A DNA stretch of 57,231 bases from Octopus sinensis (GCF_006345805.1 NW_021834303.1:1-57231); one strand, 5' to 3'; counted from the stretch's first letter, positions 15,737 through 27,133 are shown. The notes: a model not told the origin generated them from the sequence alone. Made by a program: numbers and translations.

Positions 15737-16172
15737 GATAGATGATAGATAGATAGATAGATAGATAGATAGGTCGTTATAAGTGTGTGCCTTCGTGGTA
15801 TATATGTGCATGTGTGTGTATTCGCGCGCGTGTGTCTACACACACACACGTACACACACACACACATACACACATACACACACACACACACACACCACAC
15901 CACACACACACACACACACAATATATATATATATATATATGCACATGTTTCTTTTCATGTTAACTATATTTTAACACAATTTATCATTAGACCCAAGAAT
16001 TTAGTAGAATATACATGGCTGTGTGGTAAGAAGTTTGCTTACCAACCACATGGTTATGGGTTCGGTCCCAACGCATGACACCTTCGGCAAGTGTTCTTTT
16101 ACTGTATATTTGAACCGACTAAAGCCTTGTGAGTGGATTTGGTAGAGGAAACTAAAAGAAACCCGTCGTATA

Positions 16173-16224
<52 letters not shown>

Positions 16225-16446
16225 TAATCAATATAGGGTGGCAAAAAAATTTTGTAGAATTTTTCTGCCACCAGCGGCCTAGTGGGAAAAAATTAAATAG
16301 TCATAGACCATTTATAAGTTCAACATCACAATCAAGGAACGGCCACAATAGGCCATTCACCCACTAGAAATAACAGCCAAAGCTTCAACCGCAAAATAAC
16401 ATTAATTCCGCAAACCAGGAGAAAATTAAAAAACATTTACCCTGTA

Positions 16447-16553
16447 ATTTCTTATACGATGCACCGTTTCATCTATTGTTTAATGGTAAACTAACCTGAT
16501 TAAATTAAATCAAGCCAATCTTCCATAGGCCCTTAGATTCGTCAGTAAGAAAT
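16447..16553 (-). ncRNA. Type I hammerhead ribozyme, copy 1 (intact core)
   Basis: Minus strand: stem I AUUUCUUA/UAAGAAAU, CUGACGA, stem II AUCUA...UAGAU, GAAA, stem III CGGUGCAUCG, GUA cleavage triplet (cut 16455/16454). Confidence 0.9.
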
Positions 16554-16932
16554 AGCCAGATCGCAACAGATATTTTCACGAGGCACTTCTGTCCCTGCCT
16601 CGGCAATATCTGACCTAAAATTTTCAAATCATCGCACTCGCGCCAAATTTATCGGAAGCAAATAAATATAAGCCGCCGATTCCATTACGGAATCAACCAG
16701 AAAATCATAATTAATCAATATAGGGTGGCAAAAAAATTTTGTAGAATTTTTCTGCCACCAGCGGCCTAGTGGGAAAAAATTAAATAGTCATAGACCATTT
16801 ATAAGTTCAACATCACAATCAAGGAACGGCCATAATAGGCCATTCACCACTAGAAATAACAGCCAAAGCTTCAACCGCAAAATAACATTAATTCCGCAAA
16901 CCAGGAGAAAATTAAAAAACATTTACCCTCTA

Positions 16933-17038
16933 ATTTCTTATACGATGCACCGTTTCATCTATTGTTTAATGGTAAACTACCTGATTAAATTAAATCAAGC
17001 CAATCTTCCATAGGCCCTTAGATTCGTCAGTAAGAAAT
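16933..17038 (-). ncRNA. Type I hammerhead ribozyme, copy 2 (intact core)
   Basis: Same motif; predicted cut 16941/16940, 486 nt from the copy 1 cut. Confidence 0.9.
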
Positions 17039-17415
17039 AGCCAGATCGGAACAGATATTTTCACGAGGCACTTCTGTCCCTGCCTCGGCAATATCTGACC
17101 TAAAATTTTCAAATCATCGCACTCGCGCAAATTTATCGGCAGCAAATAAATATAAGCCGCCGATTCCATTACGGAATCAACCAGAAAATTCCTAATTAAT
17201 CAATATAGGTGGCAAAAAATTTGTGTAGAATTTTTCTGCCACCAGCGGCCTAGTGGGAAAAAATTAATAGTCATAGACATTTATAAGTTCAACATCACAA
17301 TCAAGGAACGGCCATAATAGGCCATTCACCACTAGAAATAACAGCCAAAGCTTCAACCGCAAAATAACATTAATTCCGCAAACCAGGAGAAAATTAAAAA
17401 AACATTTACCCTGTA

Positions 17416-17518
17416 ATTTCTATACGATGCACCGTTTCATCTATTGTTAATGGTAAACTAACCTGATTAAATTATATCAAGCCAATCTTCATAGGCCTTA
17501 GATCCGTCAGTAAGAATT
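17416..17518 (-). ncRNA. Type I hammerhead ribozyme, copy 3 (core CUGACGG, weakened stem I)
   Basis: A9G change in core, plus 1-nt deletion and substitution in stem I. Confidence 0.7.
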
Positions 17519-17590
17519 AGCCAGATCGGAACAGATATTTTCACGAGGCACTTCTGTCCCTGCCTCGGCAATATCTGACTAAAATTTTCA

Positions 17591-17945
17591 AATGGAATCG
17601 GCGGCTTATATTTATTGCCGCCGATAAATATGGCGCGAGTGCGATGATTTGAAAATTTTAGGTCAGATATTGCCGAGGCAGGACAGAAGTGCCTCGTGAA
17701 AATATCTGTCCGATCTGGCTATTTCTTACTGACGAATCTAAGGGCCTATGGAAGATTGGCTTGATTTAATTTAATCAGGTTAGTTTACCATTAAACAAAG
17801 ATGAAACGGTGTGCATCGTATAAGAAATTACAGGGTAAATGTTTTTTTAATTTTCTCCTGGTTTGCGGAATTAATGTTATTTTGCGGTTGAAGCTTTGGC
17901 TGTTATTTCTAGTGGGTGAATGCCTATTATGGCCGTTCCTTGATT

Positions 17946-17950
<5 letters not shown>
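17591..17950 (+). mobile_element. Inverted partial retrozyme unit
   Basis: Reverse complement of unit segment ~16326-16687; AAT microhomology at the junction. Confidence 0.9.
17721..17828 (+). ncRNA. Type I hammerhead ribozyme, copy 4 (plus strand, intact core)
   Basis: ATTTCTTA CTGACGA ATCT...AGAT GAAA CGGTGTGCATCG TA TAAGAAAT. Confidence 0.9.
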
Positions 17951-17986
<36 letters not shown>

Positions 17987-18009
17987 ATATACATATCTAT
18001 GTGTGTGTG

Positions 18010-18041
<32 letters not shown>

Positions 18042-18234
18042 TTGTCCCCCACCATCACTTGACAACCGATGTTGGTGTGTTTACGTAACAGCGTTTCGGC
18101 AAAAGAGACCGATAGAATATGTACTAGGCTTACACAGAAAAATTCCTGGGATTGATTTCTTCGACTGAAGGCTGTGCTCCAGCATGGCTGCAGTCATATG
18201 ACTAAAACAGGTGAAAGAAGAAAAACAATGTGTA

Positions 18235-18425
18235 TACAAGTTCCTGGCTTTAGATAAAAGAAATTACAAGAGGATCAGTTAATTATGATTTTATTCAACA
18301 TATTCCACTCTCAGATACAAACACTTACTAAGTTTTTCAATGTGCTGTGAAAGATCTCGGAAATTTGGGCCTTCAACCTGACCTTTCGCGATTCCCTTAA
18401 AGGCAAGAAGTTATCAGCTCCGCTT
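18235..18425. mobile_element. Mariner-type MITE, decayed
   Basis: Imperfect TIRs AAGTTCCTGGCTTTA / TAAAGGCAAGAAGTT. Confidence 0.5.
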
Positions 18426-18499
18426 CTTATGTATATTTTTGGTATTTTTGGTATTAACTTCGTGTATTTACGTATTCTTCACTCGCTGGCGAAGTCCTG

Positions 18500-19255
18500 T
18501 ACTTACTTAGTTAGTAGTTAGTTAGTTAGTTAAGTTAGTTAGTTAATTCTTTGGCTCAAAAAGCAAAAAGCAAGGCCATGTAGGGGGACATAGTGTCATG
18601 TACAGGGTGGTGTTCATGTAAAGAGTTCAGGCTACTTGTGGTCAAGGGAGACTTTGAACAGAGCGGTCGTCGGCATCTTCACTATCTCGTCCACGGCAGC
18701 TTATTCCACGGATCCGCAACCCGGACGAGGAAAGCCCCTCTCCTTCGATTGAGATGAAATCTTCGCAGATAGAGCTTTACGGAGTGACCCCGCAGCCGAC
18801 GCTCTGGAGCAGGAGTGAAGAACAGCTCTTTCGAGAGGTTACACTTTCCGCTTATGATGTGAGCAAGAATGAGATCACCACGGCGTCGTTGTTTTTTCTA
18901 GAGAATAAAGGTCGAGCGTCTTCAGCCTTTCTTCATAAGACAAATTCCTGAGACCAAGAACTATGCGGGTAGCCAGCTTCTGGACTCTTTCGAGATGCTG
19001 TATGTCTTTGAGGAGATAAGGAGAAGAGGCTTGAATCCCGTACTCCAATATGGGTCTCACCAGTGTGACATAGAGCGGTAGGAATATGGCTGCTGTGAGC
19101 ATTCCGAATGACCGTCGAATCAAAAACAGAACTCCGCGTGCTTTGTAGGCAGCATGGACGCACTGGACCGAAGGTGAAAAGGAAGAATCCACCAAGATAC
19201 CCAGGTCCTTTACCTGGTCGGTCCTCTCCAGCAGCAGACGACCCGGCTCAATGTG
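18500..19255 (-). mobile_element. CR1-clade LINE 3' end with (TAAC)n tail
   Basis: VKDLGILVD, LYVTLVRPILEYG, LERVQKLATR, SYEERLKTLDLYSLEK; tail repeat 18500-18545. Confidence 0.88.
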
Positions 19256-19272
19256 TATTTTCAATTAATTAC

Positions 19273-19656
19273 ATTCTTTTATTTGTGTCACTCATTTGAC
19301 TGTGGCCATGCTGGAGCACCGCCTTTAATCGAACAAATCTACCCCGGGACTTATTCTTTGTAAGCCTAGTTCTTATTCTATCGGTCTCTTTGCCGAACCG
19401 CTAAGTTACGGGGACGTAAAATACACCAGTATCGGTTGTCAAGCGATGGTGGGGGGACAAACACAGACACACAAATGTACACACACATATATATACGACG
19501 GGCTTCTATTAGTTTCCGTCAACCAAATCCACTCACGAGCTTTGGTCGGCCCGAAGCTATAGTAAAAAGCACTTGTCCAAGGTGCCACACGGTGGGACTG
19601 AACCCGGAACCACGTGGTTGGTAAGCAAACTACTTACCACAAGCCATGCCTGTGCC
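19273..19656 (-). mobile_element. SINE family A
   Basis: Reverse complement of the 2391-2788 type. Confidence 0.88.
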
Positions 19657-19869
19657 TATATATATTGTTTTCACGTTTTTTTTTTCAGTGTGTTTATTTG
19701 TTTGTGTTTATATGTGTGTGTATATGAAAGAGTATTATGCATATATGTGTGTGTATATGAAAGAGTATTATGCATATACGATAATGATAATCTCTCGTAA
19801 TCCGAGAAAGATGGTTCTGCAATTTCTTGCTGAGCAACTTTCACGATTGAAATATATGTAGTGAACATA

Positions 19870-20113
19870 GGTACAGGCGTGGCTGTGTAGTAAGAAGCTT
19901 TCTTCCCCCACCACATGGTGTTCCGGGTTCAGTTCCACTGCGTGGCACCTTGCGCAAATGTTTTCTACTATAGCTTCGGGCCGACAAATGCCTTGTGAGT
20001 GGATTTGATAGACGGAAACTGAAAGAAGCCCGTCGTATATATATATGTAAAACTTACTTAGAAGAAGATGCGTGGCGTTCAATCATATAATAACATAAAT
20101 AATATATATATAT

Positions 20114-20157
<44 letters not shown>

Positions 20158-20685
20158 TAATCCAACAAAAAAGCACAAAAAAACACAACAACGCGAGGAC
20201 GTGGAACAAATATAGTATTATTGGACGCTCAGGAAAGAAGGAAAGAAGGAGGGTTTAACGTTTCGAGCGGAGCTCTTCGTCGGAAACATAGGAGAAGGAA
20301 AGTTCCAGAGAAGGGAAGACAGAGGAAAAAAATCGCCAACGGTACATATATATACATGCATATATACATACGTATATATACATCCTTACATCTGTACGTG
20401 TATTAAAAAATATCCCATCTACTTTTGCTTTCAACGGTTAATTGTTTGTGTGTGTGTGTGTGTGTGGTGTGTGTATGTGTGTGTGTGTGTGTTTCCTATC
20501 ACCGCTTGACAACCGATGCTGGTTTGTTTACGTCCCGATATCGTAGCGGTTCGGTTTAAAGAGACCGAACGATTAAATAATAGACTTTAAAATAAGTACT
20601 AGGGTCGATTCATTCGACAAAACATTCTTCAAGTTGGTGACTCCGCATGGCCGCAGCCTAATAACTGTATCAAATAAAAGACAAA
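19870..20685 (+). mobile_element. SINE family A split by an insertion (head 19870-20035, tail ~20495-20685)
   Basis: Head and tail similarity to other copies. Confidence 0.75.
20154..20345 (-). mobile_element. ~190-bp hammerhead-bearing short element in (TA)n; minimal hammerhead at 20253-20287
   Basis: Minus: GUUU CCGACGA A GAGC UCC GCUC GAAA CG UU AAAC; second copy at 45240-45438. Confidence 0.7.
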
Positions 20686-21190
20686 ATATGCTAAATCAAA
20701 TTACCAAGACAATATGATATGTAAAAAAATTATGAACGCTTTATCTAGTCCCATTTTAATTTGACCTTTTGATTAATCCTTATAGTATTTCCCTACAGAA
20801 TAAGCTGAAGAACTGCGCGACTAGTTTCATCTGGTTGCAGACGGTATATCCTGTATGGGTCTACTTTACTCACGGAAAAGTGAATATACTTTTTATATCA
20901 GTTCTGGTTTGCAGACTTTAAACTGATTTCTTTCTGAAGAGCTAAATGTTACAGTCAATATTGTAAAGCTGCCAAAAATAGTAGGGACTGATCTATTCTT
21001 ACTCATTTCGTTCAGTTTTGCAGTGTTTAACAAGGCCGTAGGGGGCAATTACTTTCAGAGCAAGGCTAAAAGAGTGTTTATGAAAAGTGCGAATGTAGAT
21101 TAGTTGGCAATCGACGGGTTCGTAAACACACACAATAACAAAGATAGGCATACACGCGCGGAGGCAATAACACACACGCGTGTGTGTGTG

Positions 21191-21233
<43 letters not shown>

Positions 21234-21711
21234 CGTGTGTGTGTGTATGTGTGTGTTTATGGTTTTACGTTTCAGCCGCTTAAAATCAAGAGCTGATACT
21301 TATGTATTTTAACTTAGCAGCTCGACAAATAGTGTGCAAAGGAATAAACACCAGAATGAAAATTTGTCGTCAGTTAGATATGATTGACGAAAGCCTTAAA
21401 TGTGGTGGTGCTCCAGCATGGCTGTGTGGATTATACATATATATATATAAGTGTATATATATATGTATATATATATATATATATATACATAAGTGAATAT
21501 ATATATATACATACACATATGTACATACACATATATGCATACATCCACGTACACACATACATGTCTACATGTACGTATACACATACATGCATACATGCAC
21601 ATATCATGTGACAGCCTGTCCCAGTCGATAATTTTACGAATAGATGAAACTGGTCACCACAAGAAGGGGCTGCTATGTCTTCAGCGCACATAAACGTGTG
21701 TGTGTATGAGT

Positions 21712-21820
21712 ATTCTTTTATTTGTTTCAGTCATGTAACTGTGGCCATGCTGGAGCACCACCTTAAGGGGGTCTTAGTCGAACAAATCGACTCCAGGACT
21801 TATTCTTTGTAAACCTAGTA
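21712..21820 (-). mobile_element. SINE family A tail fragment
   Basis: GTTTCAGTCAT...GGCCATGCTGGAGCACC. Confidence 0.75.
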
Positions 21821-21824
21821 ACTT

Positions 21825-22900
21825 CTAGTAAACATAGAAATCACAGGAAGAAGGTAAATAAAAACAGAAGGGTGGAAGGGTAAATAAAAACGGGGAAAAA
21901 AAGAATTATAGTTATTTCATGTTTAACTGTAAATCCATAAATTATTTAAATGTAGAATAATTCAACAAAACAGCTTCTCAATCCGAAGAGGGTGATGGGC
22001 TCCAGTTCACCAAAAGAAATTTGTCCATATGCTTGCATTTGTTGAAAATTTCGAATCTGGAATTCAATAATGCGGTGGAATACTCAGATCTAAAAAGAAT
22101 ATGCAATCTTTCAGCTATGCATAAGTTGCATTTCTTAGATCCTTTGACATATCACAAAGATTTCTTTACGATTCTCCACTTGATTGTATGTGCTGTACAG
22201 TTGGTCTTCAAGCCCCATACATGGTTAGAAAAATTAGTTGCGTTCCTTCTTTCGAAGTCCAGAAAGAAGATAGGTGGTTTGTATAACGTCTCTTGCAATC
22301 GCATTTGCATAACCCGATGTAATTTTTTTTCAGCTTGGTTATCTTGAAGCGTTGCTGTGACTTCTGACTCATACACTACGGAGTTTATTGTACACACCTG
22401 CTCAAGTGGACAAGCTTCAGCGTTTCAATAGTTAATGGGAGTGGACTGTTGGTGATGTTTATGAGTGATGATGAACTTCATATTGGGGCAGCAGCTGTAT
22501 GATGTTTACATCGAGCGCTTGTCAAAAATCTTATATTTGTGGTTTAACGGGAAATGTTTATCTAAAATATAGATAAATGTCTTGCCTACGTTAGCGGTGG
22601 GGGCCAGACCACATTATTTTCCTAGGTCTATTTTTAGGTATATTTTGAGATCCACATTTTCATTTGAGGGTTTTAGTATGATATATCATATCTTTGGAGC
22701 CGCTGTTAACTAGGGCATTATTATAGAAGGGGACTGCCTTATCAAATTGTTTCTTAGACAACGAGCGATTAGAAATCCTATCAGCTATCAGGCTTTTAAA
22801 GACTACATGGGAGGGTAACAGGACTGTTTGTTTGTAGGAGAGTTTGCCGTTTGGCTTATGGCATTATGGTACAGTTTAAATGCAGGAGCATCTAGGGAAA
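21825..22900 (-). mobile_element. Second Penelope-like element, decayed 3' half (thumb + GIY-YIG)
   Basis: NRPRKIMW, NVGKTFIYILDKHFP, SYSCCPNMK, SVVYESEV, FSNHVWGLK, IKWRIVKK, LLNSRFEIFNKCKHMDKFLL. Confidence 0.82.
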
Positions 22901-23474
22901 CAACTTCAATATCGATTTTTGGCAGATCAATAGTAACAGTGATTTTGATGTCTAAAGGATTGACTAAAGGTATCAATGAGATTTTTTACTAAATTTAGTT
23001 GATAATTGTCCGCCATAATGAAGATTACAAAAGAAAGCCGTATTAGCAGAAAGAATAAAAAAGTGGGAGTGGAGATTGTAAAGAACCAGAGGCGTATCAT
23101 ACTCATCGTCTACCTTAGCGAGGTAGATAAGGGTGTGATTTCATTTCGTTATCGACATATTCAAATTACTATAGCGGCTGTAGTAGATTATAAGCACATT
23201 AATGCATACGTGGCGTCAATAATGTGTAGCTGCTAGGGGGTTTATTGCTTAGGATAGATACACATTAGAAATAAAAGCTCTTATGGGGGAAACAAGGAAC
23301 AGGAATGAAAAGGGAAATGAAAAGGAAAAGAAAAAATAAGGACAAATGTGTAGGTACTAGGTTACTTGTATGTATACAGACTTGAATATGGCAGCCACCA
23401 CCACACACACATATACGCACAAAATATCCCGTAGACGTACGCGAATACAATCATACGAATACTATCGTACAATA

Positions 23475-24110
23475 TTCTTTTCAACTCTAGGCACAAAATT
23501 TTGGGGGAGAGGGCCAGTCGATTAGATCGACCCCAGTACGCAACTGGTACTTAATTTATCGACCGCGAAACGATGAAAGGCGAAGTCGACCTCGGCAGAA
23601 TTTGAACGTAAAGACAGACGAAATACCTATTTCTTTACTACCTACAAGGGGCTAAACACAGAGAGGAAAAACAAGGACAGACAAACGGATTAAGTCGATT
23701 ATATCGACCCCAATGCGTAACTGGTACTTATTTAATCGACCCCGAAAAGATGAAAGGAAAGTCGACTTCCGCGGAATTTGAACTCAGAACGTAACGACAG
23801 ACGAAATACCGCTAGGCATTTCGCCCGGCGTGCTAACGTTTCTGCCAGCTCACCGCCTTTCTATTGTACAATATTTATTTCTTTATTGCCCACAGAGGGC
23901 TAAAAATAGAGGGGGCAAACAAGGACAGACAAAGGAATTAAGTCGATTACATCGACCCCAGTGCATAACTGGCATTTATTTAATCGACCCCGAAAGGATG
24001 AAAGGCGAAGTCGACCTTGGCGGAATTTGAACACAGAACGTAAAGACAGACGAAATACTGCTAGGCATTTCGCCCGGAGTACTAACGTTTCTGCCAGCTC
24101 TCCGCCTTAC
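23475..24110 (-). mobile_element. Three tandem SINE family B copies
   Basis: Repeated ATCGACCCC...GAAAGGATGAAAGGCGAAGTCGACC...GAATTTGAAC. Confidence 0.88.
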
Positions 24111-24215
24111 CATTGTACAATATTAAAAGAGAACTCACATACATGTAGACGTACGCTGGAAGTTAATTAAGCGTAATGGTAAAAGGAAGAAATCGTACCA
24201 GAAAAATATCTGAAA

Positions 24216-24611
24216 TCTTTATATATAAAAGTGAAGTTGTGTGTCTGTCTCCTACGATTTAGATTCCTAACTACTCCCACATTTTGCGGTGCAGTGTAAC
24301 CAAAAACGGGTATCTTATAGTCGTGATTCATATCGAGCCCTTCTGGGTATTAGCGCGCGTCTACGATGAGTCTACGTTTAAAAAAAAAAAATTTTCCATC
24401 ATTTTCCCCTATTTTTAATGCATTTTTTGCTATTATATAAGGGAAGTAACTCTCTAAAAATGTATTATTAAATCTCAGAACGTAAAAAGCTACAGTAACA
24501 CACCCCTTTGAGGTTAGCCATATTGAGATGGCTATTATACTTTACATCTCTAAAAATGCTTATATAGTTATTTCCCTTACAAACCCGGGCAACGCCGGGC
24601 GATACTGCTAA
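24216..24611 (+). mobile_element. Non-autonomous Helitron
   Basis: 5' A|TCTTTATATATAAAAG; 3' GC-rich hairpin CCCGGGCAACGCCGGG followed by CTAA|T; no TSD. Confidence 0.8.
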
Positions 24612-24993
24612 TAAAACATATAAACAAAGTTACATATATAGGTATAGAGGCATAAATTCATACGCTCAAAAAAAAAAAAACCACACACGCATATATACGT
24701 ACGTTTGATGTCGTTAAGCATAAAGAAAAACAAAACATTTAAAGTTAAATAGCAAGAGTTACAATATGTGACATGACACTTAGAGGAATTGTAAAGTAAC
24801 ATAAGTAATAAGTTAGCTGTATCGAGAGCAAAAGATGCTTCGAGTGCTCTAATCATAGCCAGAACCTCAATTCGCCGATCTCCTTTACGGCAGAATATGT
24901 TCACCTACACAATCGTACGTATATGATGAAAAAGCACACCGGACGACTACAACACGGTCTTAATATTACGTAAGATGCACTCGATTTGCTTTT

Positions 24994-25047
24994 GAAACAA
25001 CTATAGTACTCGAAACAGCTGTAGTACTTGAAACAGGTGTAGTACCT
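24994..25047. repeat. 18-bp minisatellite x3 (GAAACAGCTGTAGTACTT-like)
   Basis: Direct reading. Confidence 0.7.
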
Positions 25048-25085
25048 CCTCCATCTCTTCTATTTATGCACGCTATATATGTATG

Positions 25086-25170
<85 letters not shown>

Positions 25171-26142
25171 TGTGTATGTGTGTGTGCGTGCGTGCGTGTG
25201 AGTGTGTGTGTGTGTGTGTGTATCTGATGTCGCTATGAATCTGTGTCGGCAATAGACGAATACATATATTGTTTGATTAATTGTGACGACGTTTATTTTA
25301 TGCGCGATTGAAATATCAAAAAGTGTGTGATTGCTTACTTATGTGTCAATAGATGTGTGTGTGTATGTGTATGTTGATGTGTGTTATAGTTAAATTGAGA
25401 TTTGTTTCGTATGTCTGTGTGAGCAACGTGGATTTGATGGAGAGTGTGATTATCGAATATTTGAAAAAGTCTGTTAAAGAAAAATCAGTTTGAAATTTAA
25501 TCAGTTGGATTAGAAAGTTCCAAGAAGGAATGTAAGTTCTGATCTCCTCGGAGGCGCGATATCAGGATTCTGCCATGCAAGCCAGATCGAAAATAAAGAT
25601 TTGCAGGTGTTATATTCCCTGAGCGAAAAATACGGACAATGTCTCAAAGTTTCTCCGAGAATCCGTTGGCTAATCTCCTGTTCATTTGCCCGGTATAATC
25701 TCATCTGCAGCATAAATACGGAAAAGTTATTGTTAAAACCGGTAGCTTTGGTGATGTTCGTCAGAAAAGAACAAGTATTTGGTTGATAAGCAAAAGAAAG
25801 TTTAGTTTCTTTTTTTTTTATGGAGCCGAGGAGATTGCAGATGCGCTTAAAAGAGGAGAGGTCTGAATAGAAAAGATTTTTAAAAAGGGTTGGTATCGGA
25901 TGAAGGAATTAAAAATGCCCATGGATGTTGCGCTGAAGCAATGATGTAAAGGGATATTCGATGAGAGGAAGGGAAAAGTGTTTAGTTGTGGGAAAATCGA
26001 TATGAATGGGTGGTGATGCAGTCGAATTCCCAAGGCAGATAGAGGGCACTTAGAATAAAATGTAGGTGTCCCCATCGTATTGGGATCTGGAACATGCTTT
26101 ACGGCTAGTCTCAATGCATACATACATACATACATACATACA

Positions 26143-26173
<31 letters not shown>

Positions 26174-26319
26174 GTGCATACATACATAAATGCACACAAA
26201 TTTTTGCGCGTTGGTTGGAGAAAAGAGTAACATTTCATAAAGTAAAAAATATGAGATCGATATTTGTTCGGTGATATTAGTTTGTAGCATATTGGATCAA
26301 TAAGATATGTGATTGGCAA

Positions 26320-26438
26320 CAGAAAAGAAGAGGAATCGGTTGGTGTCTAAGAGAGGACTCTGTGATAGGCGGAGACGATAACAGCGAGAGAAAGAGAATG
26401 GAAGAAAGGCTAAGGAAAATGTAAGACAGAGAGAGAAG

Positions 26439-26471
<33 letters not shown>

Positions 26472-26960
26472 GATTGGAAGATGGGAGCTTGTGAGAAGGT
26501 GAGCAGGAGAAAGAGAGAGCTGGAGCGTGGGAGAGCGTGAAGAGTAAGAGAAAGAAAGAGAGCAGGAGAGTAAGGAAGAGAGAAAAAGACTTTGGAAGAT
26601 AGCGGAACAGTGAAAGGGGGTGGAATGATAGGGTGATAGGTGATTGATAGAGAAAATAATACAGATTCCTCAAGTAAGTAAGAGAGAGAGAGAGAGGCAA
26701 ACAAGCAGGCAGATAGACAGACTGATAGACAGACAGGGGTAGAAAGTGAAAGAAAGGTAGAAAGGGACAGCGTGTGGTTATTAATATTTTGGGAGAGTGG
26801 GAGATTGGAAAGCTCCATTGTGAGAGAGAAGGGGAGGAAAGAGAGAGGGGGAAAGCGCGTGAGGGATGATACGACAGCTGAGAAGTGAGAGGAGGAGGAC
26901 GTCCCTCAAAAAGTGAGGAATTTGCCAAAAACGCAACGAAGAAGAAAAAGCCATGGAAAC
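26320..26960. repeat. GA-rich polypurine low-complexity tract
   Basis: Direct reading. Confidence 0.8.
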
Positions 26961-27028
26961 AGAAAAGATATATTATATACATTCATATATATGTAGATAA
27001 ATATATATATATATATATGCATTATGTG

Positions 27029-27059
<31 letters not shown>

Positions 27060-27098
27060 CATGTATGTATGTATATATATTATATATATATAATATAC

Positions 27099-27133
<35 letters not shown>

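Larger units (their letters stand above)
16223..17593 (-). mobile_element. Retrozyme-like tandem array, ~486-bp unit x2.8 (units start 16223, 16710, 17195)
   Basis: Near-identical non-coding direct repeats, each with a type I hammerhead on the minus strand. Confidence 0.88.
16014..18225 (+). mobile_element. SINE family A split by the retrozyme array (head 16014-16168, tail ~18038-18225)
   Basis: Head and tail match 2391-2788; array lies in the SINE's internal (TA)n. Confidence 0.8.

Noticed and set aside
16223-17593. Array as CRISPR, ordinary satellite or coding repeat
   Set aside because: No repeat-spacer pattern, no ORF, low copy number; the hammerhead explains it better
20800-20850. CTGAAGA followed by a hairpin
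   Set aside because: GAAA and NUH elements absent
21615-21665. TAGAT GAAACTGGTC hammerhead-like 3' half
   Set aside because: Core too degenerate and no stem I
21980-22030. Hammerhead-like CCGAAGA GGGTGA...TCACC on the plus strand
   Set aside because: No GAAA adjacent to stem II, no stem I, and antisense to the end of the Penelope ORF
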